A program made the position numbers and the translations under genes. The notes under the pieces were generated by a model. The model did not search any database and was not told the DNA's origin. It worked only from the letters and a program-made list of their open reading frames with translations. DNA of 64,000 bases from the human T2T-CHM13v2.0 reference genome, Homo sapiens, in assembly GCF_009914755.1 (NCBI RefSeq), contig NC_060947.1; one strand, 5' to 3'. This document shows positions 1-18,242 of the stretch, piece by piece; the stretch's first letter is position 1; each line of letters opens with the position of its first letter.

Positions 1-129
1 TGCATTTTTAGTAGACACAGGGTTTCACTATATTGGCCAGGCTGGTCTGGCACTCCTGGCCTCAAGTGATCTGCCTGCCTCGTCCTCCCAAATTGCTGAG
101 ATTACAGGCACGAGCCACTGTACCCAGCC
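1..129 (-). mobile_element. Alu left arm (AluS-like), cut by window edge
   Basis: Reverse complement of the Alu 5' end (…ggccaggctggtct…ctcccaaattgctgagattacaggcacgagccactgtacccagcc). Confidence 0.95.
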
Positions 130-139
130 TGAAATTTTA

Positions 140-1032
<893 letters not shown>

Positions 1033-1313
1033 GGATATTACTGGATGTGACGCAAATAAAGTTGCTTGAAGTGAACTTTCATAGTAAAACCTGCCCTCCT
1101 GTAATTCTGCCATTGCTATAATGAAAAGACATAGTCCACTGCTTCAAGTAGGTAGGAGCTATGTGGGTTTGCCCTGGAAGTAACCTGTTGCTTGGAATCA
1201 AGCCCAAGTCTAGGACAGCTAATTCCAGAGCCTATTTCTGGTAGAAACACCGGAAATGAGTGGGAATCAGTATCTTTTTTTGTTGGATGTTGAGATGGCT
1301 TATTATACAGCAT

Positions 1314-2044
1314 TGCTATGGGCTCAATGTTTGGGTCCCTCCTAAAATGTATACGGTGAAGTCCTCTGACATGGTTTGGCTGTGTCCTCACCCACATCTC
1401 ATCTTGAAATGTAGGTACCATAATTCTCACGTGTTGTGGGAGGACCCGGGGCAAGTAGTTGAATAATGGGGTGGGTCTTTCCTGTGCTGTTCTCATGCTA
1501 GTGAATAAGTCTCATGACATCTGATGGTTTTATAAATGAGAGTTCCCCTGCACATGCTCTCATGCCTGCTGCTATGTAAGACGTGACTTTGCTCTTCATC
1601 CACCTTCAGCCATTATTGTGATGCCTCCCCAGCCATGTGGAACTGTGAGTTCATTAAACCTCTTTTTCTTTATAAATTACCCAGTTCTGAATATGTCTTT
1701 ATTAGTAGCCTGAGAACAGACTAATACACCCTCATTCCCAATGGAATGGCCTTGGGAGATAGGGCCTTTCAGAGATAATCATGTTTAGATGAGATTATGA
1801 AGGTCTTGCCCCCATGATGCAATTAGTGTCCTTATAAGAAGAGGAAGCAGTATCAGAGCTTTCTCTGTGACAAGAAGGCAGCCATCTGCAAGCCAAGAAA
1901 GGAGCACTCAATGGGAAACCAAATGGGCAAACACCCTGCTCATGGACTTACCTGCTCCAGAACTGTGAGAAAGTACGTGTCTGTTGTATAAGCCCCCAGG
2001 TTCATGGTATTTTGTTCTGGCAGTTCTACCCTTCTAATACCAAC
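1314..2044 (+). mobile_element. MLT1A-like MaLR LTR, split by THE1
   Basis: Starts tgctatgggctcaatgtttgggtccc; resumes after THE1 with …gtgtccttataagaagagg…ccagaactgtgagaaa…catggtattttgtt. Confidence 0.85.
1367..1728 (+). mobile_element. THE1B/C MaLR solo LTR
   Basis: tgacatggtttggctgtgtcc…gactaataca; 5-bp TSD tcctc/ccctc. Confidence 0.93.
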
Positions 2045-2199
2045 ATACTGTGTCAGCCATGAACTGGTGCATAAATGGACCTGTTACATTTATAACCTAT
2101 TACATTGATCATCTTTTAAGATTGCTATATAAAGGTAAAGAATAAGCCAGCTATACCATCTGTTTTGTATGGTTCCAGGACATTTCTCTTTATAGAAAT

Positions 2200-3350
<1,151 letters not shown>

Positions 3351-3384
3351 TAAGTTAGTGTGTGTGTGTATCTGTCTGTTTGTG

Positions 3385-4398
3385 AGTCATTCTCAAATGG
3401 GCGCAATTTCTGCCTGTCCCCTAGGCATTTGACAGTATCTGGTGACTTTTGGGGTTGTCCTAATTTGTGGGTGGTAGTTGCTCCTCAGATCTAGTGGGTG
3501 GAGACCAGGGATGCTGCTCAACATCCTACATTGCACAGGACAGTACACCATGTCAAATAATCATCTGGCCCTAAATGTCAATAGTAATGAGACAGGAGAG
3601 TTCACTGGCCCTCCTTGCAGGGCATGCAACAGGGGTGCAGCTCTCTCTTTGACTGCTGTGAGCTCAAACACCTACGGGAGGGGGAGCACACAGACAAGCA
3701 GGTGCAGGAGCTGGGGCAAGCGCTTTGGGCTCTGGCCCCATGGTAGTGTCTATGGGTGGATGCTTGTGCCCCCAGTGTTGCAATGATCTTTTAGGTGTGC
3801 TGTCTGCAGATGGCTTAAGTGTTAACCAGCTCAATGTCCCCTCTGCCTTTCTGCAATGGTGGAGGGCCAGTGTGACAGCTTTTTGTATCCTGATCTCTTG
3901 TCTAGCATCCTGGAAGAATTGGGTCACACACAGACTTGAAGGATGAATGCAGGGGTTTTATTGAATGGTGGAAGTGGCTCGCAGTGGGATGGATGGGAGC
4001 TGGAAGGGGGATGGAGTGGGAAGATGATCCTCCCCTGGAGTTTGGCTGTCCAGCATCCGAACTCATCTTCAACCACCCCCAGCCGAACTCCTCTCAGCAC
4101 TCAGACATTCCTTTCCTTCTCTCTTTCTCTGCCATGCCGTTCTGCTATTCATCTGCTTGTCTCCTCATCTCCTCATCTGCCTCTGGATCCTGAGGTTCAG
4201 GGTTTATATGGGTACAGGATAGGGGGCATGGCAGGCCAAAAGCAACTTTTTGGGGCAGAAAAACAGAAATACCTGTTCTCATTTAGGGCTGCAGGTATCC
4301 AGGCTTGAGGGTGGGGCCTTTGCTGGGGAACTGCCTTCTTCTACTCAGTATTTCCCTGTCTCCTGTCTGTATCAGTAACAAGGTAAAGAAATCCTAAC
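3385..4398 (+). mobile_element. MER20 (hAT-Charlie), split by LTR1
   Basis: …tctagtgggtggagaccagggatgctgctcaacatcctacattgcacaggacag…aaatgtcaatagt; terminal remnant follows 4378. Confidence 0.85.
3588..4374 (-). mobile_element. LTR1-family ERV1 solo LTR (787 bp)
   Basis: Minus strand starts tgatacagacaggagacagggaaatactgagtagaag; TG…CA termini; perfect 4-bp TSD gtaa (3584-3587 / 4375-4378). Confidence 0.85.
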
Positions 4399-5004
4399 AT
4401 ATTGGTGTATGGAAGGAGCGCATCATACCGGAGATGGGTCTAATTTGAGAGACTCTGCTTTAATACAAACATGACAATAATGAGATTATGTGGATTTTTC
4501 ATTCGTAAGATTGCAATGCTGAATGCAAAGTTTTGCCCTACCTTTCTCTAGCCATTAATAGGGCAGAATAGCGCACCCCTTGACCCCTTTGCTTGGATTC
4601 AAACTATGTTGCCATGTGATTAGTGTGTTTTTCTGACTCTTGAGGTGTTTTTCTAGCCTCTTCTCAGGAATATCTCACTCCAAGGACTTCTTTTCTCATC
4701 CTTCTCTTGTATGGGTACCTTAAACATCTGCTCCTCCATGATTCCAATGCTGGGAGAGCCATCCTGTAAAGACAGAATGGAGTCTCTCGATTGTTGATGT
4801 GAGCCAGTGACTAAGACATAGAAAACCATTCTCTCCATATGGTAGAGGAAAAGTCAGAGAAAGAAACAGGGAAGCCTTCTTCTTGGACCTAGATGAGGTG
4901 GGAGTGAAGATTTTAGAAGAGGAGAGAAGGGAAATTGTTGGCAGCATTCTCCAAACTTCATGAGTGTTCTTTGTTGTTTCATAAATATGCCTTGTATTGT
5001 TTGT

Positions 5005-5130
5005 GACACACACACACAATAAGTATCTATATATATGTATACAAACACACATATGTAGAGTATGTGCATATACATACAAGTGTATATATACACATGCCTA
5101 TATTTGTGTATTATACACATATGTACATGT
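5005..5130. repeat. Degenerate (CA)/(TA) low-complexity tract
   Basis: Alternating purine-pyrimidine sequence. Confidence 0.8.
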
Positions 5131-6095
5131 TGAAAAATTAATATTGCAATATGTATTTCATAATGTCTTCCATCGAAACATAACCTTTTAGAAAAATAAT
5201 CATAACCAAAAGAATTTTTAAAATACAATTTCTGGTTACTAAAAAATAAATGCACATTTGTAGAAGCAGCTTCTTTGGTCATTTGATATGTGTAATTCTG
5301 GGGTGTTTTTTTTCTGAGAATTTCCTCATATATCTCCTACAAAGTCATCAGAGGAAGAAAAAAGAGTAGCGAAGTCTAGATAACATTTGCATGCATGATT
5401 AATTCTTGGATGTTTGGTAGATCAATGGTATGGGAAACTGTCTAGATTTGAATGCTCAACTTGACGCACTGACAAATTGGAAATTATAAATCAGAAACAG
5501 AAAGATCATCTTCAAAAAAAGTAATATGCAAACAAGTAGAATGAATCTCCAATTGCATAGGATTAACGCCTTTTTTTGAGAAACCAGGGTCAACAAGTGT
5601 TAATAGCGTTTAAAAGTTAATTATCTAGAACAGATATTTTTCCTGAATAAAATATTATTTTTAAAACTAGGACATCAAAGTGTATTAAAGCATGTCTCTT
5701 TTTTAAATCCCATGACTGTGATTATTTTAGAGCATGAGCCAAATTTACCTCTATGATACAGGGGACTGACAAAAACACAAAACCCATTTAAAGGCTAAGA
5801 ATACAATTTCATTTGGAAGATCATTAGGAGATGCACAGAATTCAGATTGCCTCCTTACATAGAAAGAGCTTTTAACACACTTGCCTCTGGCTCTCTGCGG
5901 GGGATATCCAGAAAAGATTAACCTAACTAGCAATGCAAAGTTGTATTCATATTTGCTCCATAGGAATATTACCAGAAACCCATTACATTTAATCATGCAA
6001 ATTACTGACACTGTATGAAAACAGCCTTGAAAGCGTAAACTTTTTCACAACCTCAGCAACTCTTTCCTTACAGTCGAATGCAACCAATGTAATAA

Positions 6096-6530
<435 letters not shown>

Positions 6531-7404
6531 GGGAGCTGGAGTTTTCAAGGTGTTAGAGTGTCATATTTGGTGTGTTCCTTTCTGAAATAGAAAGTATATT
6601 TAAAGAGCATGCATATGTGGATGCTGCAGACAACCCCAGAAATCACTTTACATTCATGATCAGTGTTTGCATTAAAAACTCTGCTTGGTGGAAAGGATTC
6701 AAAGAAGATAGAGAGAAAATTGCATCAGTAACATGTTAGTCAATAAACAGAAGAGTAAGAAAATGACCACTTTATATGTCTATGTTTCAGGACTATTAAA
6801 TTTGCATAGTGATACTTACTTAATCATTCAGTTATAAGAAAAGCATGTGCACACTATTTTGTTTGTTGACAGTTCTTATCAATAGCAGAAGATTTTTGGC
6901 ATGAGATCCATTTTTTGCTGTTAGGAGGGTAAAGAAACTATGACATCTAAAGGATGCATATTTCTCAGAAGTATGTTTATGATAAGTGAATAATTTCTGG
7001 GAACACTGAAGATCTAAAAGGAATACTAGAGGTAGCTGTATATTCTCAAAGCAACACCGAGTTATTTGTGGTTTACAGGACTTCAAATCGAACTAGGTTT
7101 TAAAACATAATTGCAGGAGGCCAATGTAACGGTGGCCACCTAAATCCATATCTTTTAACACAACCTCCAAAAAAAATTTATAGGTCAATAGATACAATTA
7201 ATAGATAAAATAAAACCAAGGAAACTCTATGCCTTCAGTATAACGTATAAGAAAAAAATAACACTGTAAACTTCAAATAATTTGAATGAAGAAACAATTT
7301 TAACAAAAATTCTGGAGAAGCCATCTCCTAAGCTTGCACACAGTACCTGCAAAAATCTCTGGCAGAGAACTAGGGGGTTCTATACAATATTCAAAGAGAA
7401 TGAA

Positions 7405-7706
7405 GGCCAGATGTGGTGGCTCACACCTATAATCCTAGTGCTTTGGGAAGCCAAGGTGGGAGGATTTGAGCCCTGGATTTTGAGACCAGCCTGGGTAACA
7501 TAGTGAAACTATATCTCTCCCCTGATCCAAAACAATAATTAGCCTAATGTTGTGGCACATGCCTGTACTTCCAGCCACTCAAGAGGCTGAGGCAGGAGGA
7601 TTGCTTGAGCCCAAGAGTTTGACCTGCAGTGAGCTATGATTTCACTACTGCACTACAGCCTGGGCAACAGAAAGAGATTCTGTTTCAAAAACAGAACAAA
7701 AAATAA
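7405..7706 (+). mobile_element. AluJ
   Basis: ggccagatgtggtggctcacacc…ttgcttgagcccaagag…cagcctgggcaacag followed by A-rich tail. Confidence 0.94.
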
Positions 7707-7860
7707 GGCAAGGATGGGAAAAGCAGTCTAAAGATTGACCCAATATACTCCTAAAAATAGAAAGTCTACATTAACTGCAAAAATAGTCATAAAGGTATCT
7801 TGAATATCAGATCATTGACTACTAAGATGAAACTGGAAGGTTTCAGGGTGCTGCTCACTT

Positions 7861-8723
<863 letters not shown>

Positions 8724-9169
8724 ACTTGACAAATTTTGGGGAGTCAGTTGTAAAAAAGAATGAAATGCTGTCTTTGGAGATGATGTAGTGAAAAGAAATG
8801 GAAAGGAAGAGACATTCAGGACCTTTCACAGAAGAAAAAAATCAAGGATACATGATGCTACTCCCAAATACATTTTCCCCCGACCCACACACACATATGA
8901 CACCACTCATTGAAGAAGTTTCACTTTTCTGCAGTGACATAAAAGTTTTCGGTTAAATTCTTTGTCATCCACCCTGCGTACAAAGTGCCTAGACCAAAAT
9001 AGCCATCATGTAAAAACTCATATGCAAAGAAAATGAAAAATGGGAATCAGAACATTTAAGCAAATACAAATCCCAACCCCATTCACGTCCCACCCTTAAT
9101 CTCGAAGTTAAATGAAATTTCAACCTAACCTGACACTCCCAATTAAATATCCAGAATTCTCCTTCTGGA

Positions 9170-9744
9170 TGCCGATGAAAAGAGTCAAACTGTAAAATAT
9201 TTGAAGAGATTTATTCTGAGCCAAATATGAGTGACCATGGATTGTGACACAGCCCTCAGGATGTCCTGAGAACATGTGCCCAAAATGGTTCGAGTGCAGC
9301 TTGGTTTTATATATTCTGGGGAGATCAAGGTTCTTTCGAATTCTTATAGTGGCTGCCCTTAGAGACAACAGATGACAAGTGTTTCCTATTCAGATCTTTA
9401 AAAGGTGCTAGACTCTTAATTAATCTTTTTAGGATTGGGAGGGTCTGGAAGAAAAAGATGTAGCTATGTTAATAGAGATTCTTTACAGATGCAAATTTTC
9501 TCCCACAAAAGACAGCTTTGCAGAGCCATTTCAAGGTATGGCAAAGAAACATGTTTTGGGGTAAAATATTTTAACTTTTTCCTTGTCTCATACTGTTATG
9601 CCAGAGTCAGACTGGAAAGTAAGTCACAATATATAGGGTTAAATGAAATTCATCTGATGAGGATTTATGGTTTGTAGGGCATGACTCTCCAGACCTCTTA
9701 GATAGGAATTTGGGCAAGATAAAAAAATCAGAGCTTAGTTCTCA
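9170..9744 (-). mobile_element. MER4D/E-type ERV1 solo LTR (internally deleted)
   Basis: Minus strand starts tgagaactaagctctgatttttttatcttgcccaaattcc; TSD tgga (9166-9169 / 9745-9748). Confidence 0.88.
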
Positions 9745-9819
9745 TGGATATGAAAGGTTTACCAGAATGAGAGCACATGAAAAAATTAGAAAAACAAAAA
9801 GTATACTAAACAACTTCCT

Positions 9820-10115
9820 CTGCCTACACAAGTGAGACATTAGGGAGCACAGTAAGGCAGTCTCTGAGAGATTAGAAACAGCTACAGCTAAGCCCTGGGA
9901 GAGAGTGCCCCAGGTTAGGGTTGTTTAGGAAATGGTGATACAACCAGAGCACAGAGGTCTCCTTGAGTTCAAGAGACAAAACACAGCGCTTGAGGAGGTC
10001 AGGGCAGCTAGATTTTGCAAAGCAGAATAGCACAGAGAAGAAACAACAAAATGCAATTTCTGCTAAGAGATTTCCTTAACTCTTTGCCTGAACACTGTTC
10101 TAGGTTCACATGCTT
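9820..10115 (+). mobile_element. Old L1M 5'-region fragment
   Basis: Degenerate similarity to the L1MC/MD 5' UTR (gaggtcagggcagctagattttgc…tctttgcctgaacactgttct). Confidence 0.4.
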
Positions 10116-10450
10116 TCAGACAGGTCTTTTGAGGTGGGTGTTGGATTAAATGTGGGCAACATTGGGTATGGTAGCTTGGGCTTGGCTTGCAATGGAAAAT
10201 TTTTGAAATGAGTCTTGAAGAATGAAGAATTGATATAATAAACAAGAGAGTTTGCTGCTCTACATTATCAATTATCCTCAGAAGTGGGCTGGTTATCCAG
10301 TTAAATCATCTGATACTATAATACATAGACTTTTCAGGAAGTTCCTAAATCTAGCTATGAAGTTACTCATTGGTTTACAAGCTTCTAATGCTTTGTATAC
10401 ATTGCCTGGAGCAAGCAGTAATGTCTGGTTGATAGAATCCTGACATTAAG

Positions 10451-11136
10451 TGTTGCGGGAATCAGGAGGACCAGAGACGCCACAGGGTAAAGCAGAAGTA
10501 TTTTATTCAGTGCACTCAGACCCAGTGGATTATCATTCAGAGACTGGGCCCAGAACAAAGACAGCACTTGACCTTTATACACACTTCAAAAAGGGGGTTG
10601 GCTAGCCTGAAACAAGCTTACAGTGGTGCGAAGCAAAAGCAAGGATACAGAGGCAAAACAAAGGCAGTTAATCAAATTGTGACAGGTGCATTACTCAGGA
10701 TTACACGTGACATCTTGCTATGTGGCCCAGATGGCTATTATCTAGGCTTGCTCTAGTGCCTTGCCTGGGCTTATCTCATAACCTTCACTATGTCGCCCAG
10801 GTGGCTGTAGTCCAGGCCTGCTCAGATAGCTCATGACCTTCACTGTACCGCTTAGATAAAACAGAATACTTGAAGTTACCAGTTACAGAGAACAGGAATC
10901 TATAAACTCATACCATAAGAGAAACGAAAATTGCTTTTCTCCTCCCTGTGTTGAGGGAGTGCTGGGAGAGTCTCCAGAGCACATTCCTTTGTGTCCTAAC
11001 TTCTCAGATAGTGTTTATGGAGGCTCTTCCTGGGTCTGGGCTGTGCCTGTTGCTGCCTCTGGGATAAGTCAGCCTAATACAGGAAAGCCTTTTTTTTCTT
11101 TTTAATTTTATTTTTCTTTCTTTAATTTCCACCTCA
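10451..11136 (-). mobile_element. ERV1 solo LTR, LTR4 (HERV3)-like
   Basis: Minus strand: tgaggtggaaattaaagaaag…ctttcctgtattaggctgacttatcccagaggcagcaacaggcacagcccagaccc…; AATAAA near 10500; TG…CA termini; no clean TSD. Confidence 0.75.
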
Positions 11137-11220
11137 TAGTTCTAAGCACCAACATTCAGTTTTCTCCTTACAAAGATGTATCATGCACATGCTGTAAAAA
11201 TGGCTGTGGATATCTAGAAC

Positions 11221-11370
11221 CATAGTTGTCAAACTATGGGCTGTGGGCTGGCCAACTGTTTGTGATAATAAAGTTTTATTGGTGCATAACCACAGTCTTT
11301 TTTAATGCGCTTTCTTTGGCTGCATTCTCACTACAACAGCAGTTGACTGGTTGAGATAAAAACCATGTGG
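11221..11370. mobile_element. MER58 (hAT-Charlie) fragment
   Basis: caaactatgggctgtgggc…aataaagttttattgg…ctacaacagcagttga. Confidence 0.75.
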
Positions 11371-11449
11371 CTGACCCAGCATGGTGGTTCACACCCGTTA
11401 TCCCAGCATTTTGGGAGGCCAAGGCGGGAGGATTGCTTAAGCTTAGGAT
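11368..11449 (+). mobile_element. Alu/FLAM left-arm fragment
   Basis: gcatggtggttcacacccgttatcccagcattttgggaggccaaggcgggaggattgctt. Confidence 0.85.
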
Positions 11450-12552
11450 TATGGAATCAGATTTTAATCTGCCCTCTGCAAGGTGGACCCTCCAGGAAAG
11501 CCAGTGGTGTCATTCAGTCTGAGTCCAAAGACCTGAGGACCTAGAGGGACACTGCTGTAAACCCTGGAGTCTGCAATGCCTGAGAAGCAAGGGCTCTGAT
11601 GACTGAGGGTAGAAGAAGACAGAGGTCCAAGATCAAGCAGAGCTTTGTCGGCTTGTAACTACCCAACAGGTTCAACTTGCCTGCTGCCTAGACAGAGCCA
11701 ATTTATCAAGACAGGGGAATTACAGTAAAGAAAGAGTAATTCATGCAGAGCCGGTTGTGCAGGAGACTGGAGTTTTATTACTACTCAAATCAGTCTCCCA
11801 GAGCATTTGGGCAGCAGAGTTTTTAAGGACAACTTGGTGGGTGGGGGAAGACCAGTGAGTCAAGAGAGCTGATTGGTTGGGTTGGAGATGGAATCATGGG
11901 AAGTTGAAGCTGTCCTGTTGTGCTGAGTCCATTCCTGGGTGGGAGCCACAAGATAAGATCAGCTGGTTTATCAATGTGGGTGGTGCCAGCTGATCCATCA
12001 AGTGTGGGATCTGCAAAATATTTCAGGCACTATTTGTAGAAGCAGTTTAGGGAGGGTCAGAATCTTGTAGCCTCCAGCTACATGACTCCTAAACCATAAT
12101 TTCTAATCTTGTAGCTAATTTGTTAGTCCTTCAAAGGCAGTCTATTCCCCAGGCAAGAAGGAGGTTTGTTTTGGGAAAGGGCTGTTATCATCTTTGTTTT
12201 AAACTATGAACTATAAACTAAGTTCCTCTCAGTTAGTTCAACCTATGCCAAGGAAGGAACAAGGACAGCTTAAAGTTTAGAAGCAAGATGGAGTTGGTTG
12301 GTTAGATCTCTTTCACGGTCTCAGTCATAATTTTGCAAAGGTGCTAACTGCCTTTTGTTCTATGGGGGCCCTCAGCAGATTGGATGATACCCATCCACAT
12401 GGGTGAGGGAATATCTTCTTTCCTCAGTCTACCAACTCATGTGTTCATCTCTCCTGGAATCACTCTCACAGACACACCCAGAAATGATGTTTTACCAACA
12501 ATTGGGGTATCCCTTAGCCCAGTCAAGTAGATGCATACAATTAATCATCACA
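11450..12552 (-). mobile_element. MLT2 (ERVL) LTR, split by LTR8
   Basis: ggaaagccagtggtgtcattcagtctgagtccaaag… and …ctcacagacacacccagaaat…gcccagtcaagt…aattaatcatcaca. Confidence 0.85.
11654..12343 (-). mobile_element. LTR8 (ERV1) solo LTR
   Basis: tgtaactacccaacaggttc…gcctagacagagccaatttatcaagacagggg … tctcagtcataattttgcaaagg. Confidence 0.9.
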
Positions 12553-12679
12553 TTGCTTTTCTAGAAAACATAATGTGAGCCAATAATTCCACAAATATTT
12601 GGGTTTTTCCCAATGACAGCATTTTAATATTTCTTTTTCTGCTTGTTGTTTAATATTTTTCAAGTCAAGATCTGATCCC

Positions 12680-12891
12680 ATCTGTTTGAGGTTGGGTGAT
12701 GGGTTGCCCAGAGGCAGGTTGGTCAAAAATGGCCTCCGCTAGAACAAGTGAACTCTCCTTCCTATGGTCTCTCATCCTTCAGTAGGCTAGCCTCGGTAGT
12801 AGGAGCCTCCAGGAGAAGATGTGGTAACAGAAAAGCACTTTTGAATGTGCCTGCTTATATCATGTGTCTGCTGACATCCTATTGCTTAAAG
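12680..12891 (-). mobile_element. Old MLT1 (J/K-like) LTR fragment
   Basis: Degenerate ggtctctcatccttcagtaggctagcc…ctgctgacatcctattg; probably continues after MER1A. Confidence 0.45.
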
Positions 12892-13403
12892 CAGCAGCCC
12901 TCAACCTTTTTGGCACCAGGGACAAGTGTCATGGAAGACTATTGTTCCACAGACCAGGGTTGGGGGGAAAGTTTCAGGATGATTAAGGGCATTACATTTA
13001 TTGTGCACTTTGTTTCTACTATTATTCCATTGTAATATAGAATGAAATAATTCTACAACTTACCATCATGTAGAATCAGTGGGAGCCCTGAGCTTGTTTT
13101 CCTGCAACTAGATGGTCCCATATGGGGGTGACAGGAGACAGTGACAGATCATCAGGCATTAGATTCTCATAAGGAGCACACAACCTAGATCCCTCACATG
13201 TGCAGTTCACAATAGGGTTTGCACCTCCTATGGGAATCTAATGCTGCCGCTGATCTGACAGGAGGGGGAGCTCAGGCAGCTCAGGCAAGCGATGGGGAGT
13301 GGCTGTAAATACAGATGAAGCTTCACTGGCTGGCCCGCTGTTTGCCTCTTGTTGTGTGACCCAGTTCCTAACAGGCCACAGACCAGAGGGCTGGGGACCC
13401 TTG
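12892..13403 (-). mobile_element. MER1A (hAT-Charlie), copy 1
   Basis: caacctttttggcaccaggg…gtagaatcagtgggagccctgagcttg…ctggggaccc; perfect 8-bp TSD gcttaaag (12884-12891 / 13404-13411). Strand is relative to the recalled consensus. Confidence 0.95.
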
Positions 13404-15256
13404 GCTTAAAGTGTGTTACAAAGAATGTTCAAAGAATATAGAGAAATAGATTCCACTTATTGATGGGGGAAAGAAAGGTCATATGCAAATGTCCTAGACA
13501 AAAAAAATGAGGATATTAGTGCAACTAATCTACTGTATCAACTTTGCAAAATGTGCAAAAAACTTGGAATGAAATATTTCTTCCAGGAGGGTAACAATCG
13601 TTGTGTCTGGTGGTTAGTTTATGGGATATCTTCTTTCTTGTTATCTGGTTTTTATATACCATGAATTTATTTTAGCAAGAACCAAACTTTGAGAGTACTG
13701 AAAGGGAATCAATTTGTGTTTTTCTCTCTGAATTGTGGATGCCCTATATAAGATGCGATATAAAATATTCCCTCAAATGCTCAAAGGTTGAACAAATGAA
13801 AAAAAAATGAGCAGAAAAGAGACACCAACAGTCCAGAGACTTTATAAAAAGGGCAGTAGATAAATATAGAGGAGATAAAATCAGGATATTGCTGCCCATT
13901 TCAAAAGGCAATTTGAAAAGCTAATGTCTGCTGTTGAGCGGAAAATAGGAATATGCCTCTTAGGGGCATGGTTGAGGATACTTTCAGTGAGATTATGCCT
14001 TTAATGAACCTTGTTTGGGGCAGAGGCTGCAATTAGCTTAACAGCAGGGACTACCAGTAGCATCCAAAGAAATGCCACCATTTCTAGCTGCCAGGAAACA
14101 AAAGTTGCAAAGAAATTAGATTAATATAATGTTGCCGGTGGCAAGAAACTGATTTTCCTGTAAAATTGTACTGTATTTCTTCTGTTTTATTAAAAATGTA
14201 GCACTACACCTACTTTGAGAATAACTGCACCTACTTAAGTTATATGTGTTTTAATTGAAACTCAAGTTTCAGGTAAAACTAATAATAAAAGTTATTATTA
14301 TAATATTGCAATTTGTTCATTAGGCAGTAAACTTAATTGCATGGTGTGAGTCCTGTCTTTGAAGTAAATTAGTTTTTTTTTAAATAATACATTTTCTCTG
14401 CATGGGAATGAAAATTTGTGTCCTTTAAAGGCATGAGTTTTATAGTGGCATTTAAAATTATATAGGATTTTTTAGGAGTTTCAGATAAGTATAGAAAAAC
14501 AGTGACTCAAAATGTACAAAAATATCCATGAAGACCATTTATTCGGGTGTTGCGCTATGCAAGATCAGATTGGAGACGTGTGACTTCCTGAAAATCTCAC
14601 ACGATGCTTTCTTCTTACAAACTAGGCTTGCACTCCTGGTCCCTTTAGAAAAGTGCATATGCCTTATGTTTTATGTGTTATTTTTACCTACATAGGAATC
14701 TTAAGGAACACCATGAATAGAATTGATGAACTGATATCAGTTTAAGAAGCTATTTTTATTTTTAGTGTGACAAACGTGAGAAGCAGCTGGCACGGGATCC
14801 TCCCCGCCATCCATTTCCTGAACACCAGGGAATGTCCATATGTGTTCAGAAAAAAAAAAAAAAAATTGAAATGCTATAAAAAGAAAAGAGTGGTTACCAT
14901 TTAAAGCCATGGAACACAGTTCCTTTTATATCAGAAGTCAGCAGAATTTGAAGGCAAATTCCTAACTTTTAACAACAAAATGCAGGGGACATTGGAAAGG
15001 ATATAGAAAGGACTGTGTTAGTGGAGTTGCTAAAAATGGACTACAAGCAATTTCTAACTCAGGCATTAGAAGGAATGATGGAGAAGGGGAGAGGAAAGGA
15101 AGGACATTGAAAACATAGACATTAAGGTTAGGAACATCTTCTCTCTCTTCTGGCTTTTCTACATCTTTTTTTCTGTCAAAAGCCAAATAGTGAATATGTT
15201 TAACTTTGTGGGCCACACATCTCTGTCACGATGAGCAACTTTCCCATTGCAGCATG

Positions 15257-15967
<711 letters not shown>

Positions 15968-16129
15968 TGTGGAAGCAGTCATGGACAATATGTCAGCAAA
16001 TGGGCACCAAGCTCTGCTGCTTGGCTCTCAGTTATTAAACACATCAAACTCTTCTCACAGGTATTTAAGAAGGATAAAAGGTTAAACATTTTCACTTAGT
16101 ACTCAGGAAGAGTTGTTTTCATTGAGTCG

Positions 16130-17120
<991 letters not shown>

Positions 17121-17882
17121 CTTCTGAGGACTGCAAGAAGAACCTCAAAGAAGCCTTCTGTTTTCATATGAAATACCAAATAAACCAAAATGTTTGCTCA
17201 GAAGATGCAGATTTGAATTTATGTCACTTTTTTCTGTTTTTTTTTTTTCTTATTTTTTGCTACATGAGGAACAATAGCTGTCCCCCTACACCTATAAGAA
17301 AATGTAAAAACTAGGACATTTTATTTAGAACAAACATTTATTCTCCCTGTTAACCATCAGTTCTTCAAAAGTGACATGATACCACATGGGGCAAACACAG
17401 CCAAGAGAGTCCACTAACTATAAAGCCTTGGGAACAGCTCAGAAGGGAACACACAAGAGAAAAAATTTATAGGTTTTGGCTGTCTGGGTTGCAGGGATTT
17501 ATTTTAAGCCTGGCCATTTGATGTCGGTATCTGTTTGTATTTGGACAAACCTTCAACGAAATAGCTTGGGGTTGGTTCTGTGGTATTCTTTGAGATTCCT
17601 ATGTAGGTAAAAATGGCACATGAAATATAAGCACGGAAGAGCTTGGGAATGAGTTTTGAGGAAGATTTGATTTGATAAGCAAGAGAATTTTCTGCTTTGA
17701 GGTTCAATTATCCTGAGGAGGATGTTCACCCTGATGAGTTACCTAAAGTTTGAATATTCTGAATCTATGAAGTCATTCGCTAGCTTACAACTTTACATTC
17801 CTTTGCAAGCATTGTTGGGAAGGAATATTAAAGCCAGGCTGATGTAGTCCTGATAATTAAGCTGCGAGTGCTGGCATCCCAG

Positions 17883-18190
17883 TTTTTGCTTTTGTTTTTG
17901 TTTTGAGACAGGGTCTCACTCTGTCACTCAGTTTGGAGTTCAGTGGCTCGATCATGGCTCACAGCAGCCTTGAACTCCTAGGCTCAAGCAATCGTCCCAC
18001 CTCAGCCTCCTGAGTAGCTGGAACTACAGGTGTGTGCCATGATGTCTGGCAATTTTTTTTCCTTTTTTTTTTCTTTCGTAGAGATGGGATCTCATCATCT
18101 TGGCCAGGATGGTCTCAGACTCCTGGGCTAAAGCGATCTTCCGGCCTCAGCCTCCCAAAGTGCTGGGATTACAGGCATGAGCATCTGGCC
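17883..18190 (-). mobile_element. AluJ
   Basis: Full dimer; TSD tggcatcccag on both sides. Confidence 0.95.
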
Positions 18191-18242
18191 TGGCATCCCA
18201 GATTTTATCATATGCTCTATTACTGACTGTAAACATTTAGAA

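Noticed and set aside
4600-4860. Possible exon after ttttttctag (4648-4656)
   Set aside because: No recognisable protein or convincing donor site; splice-like words are frequent by chance.
14735-14745. tatcagtttaa 11-mer shared with U2 snRNA
   Set aside because: Flanks do not match U2; expected by chance.
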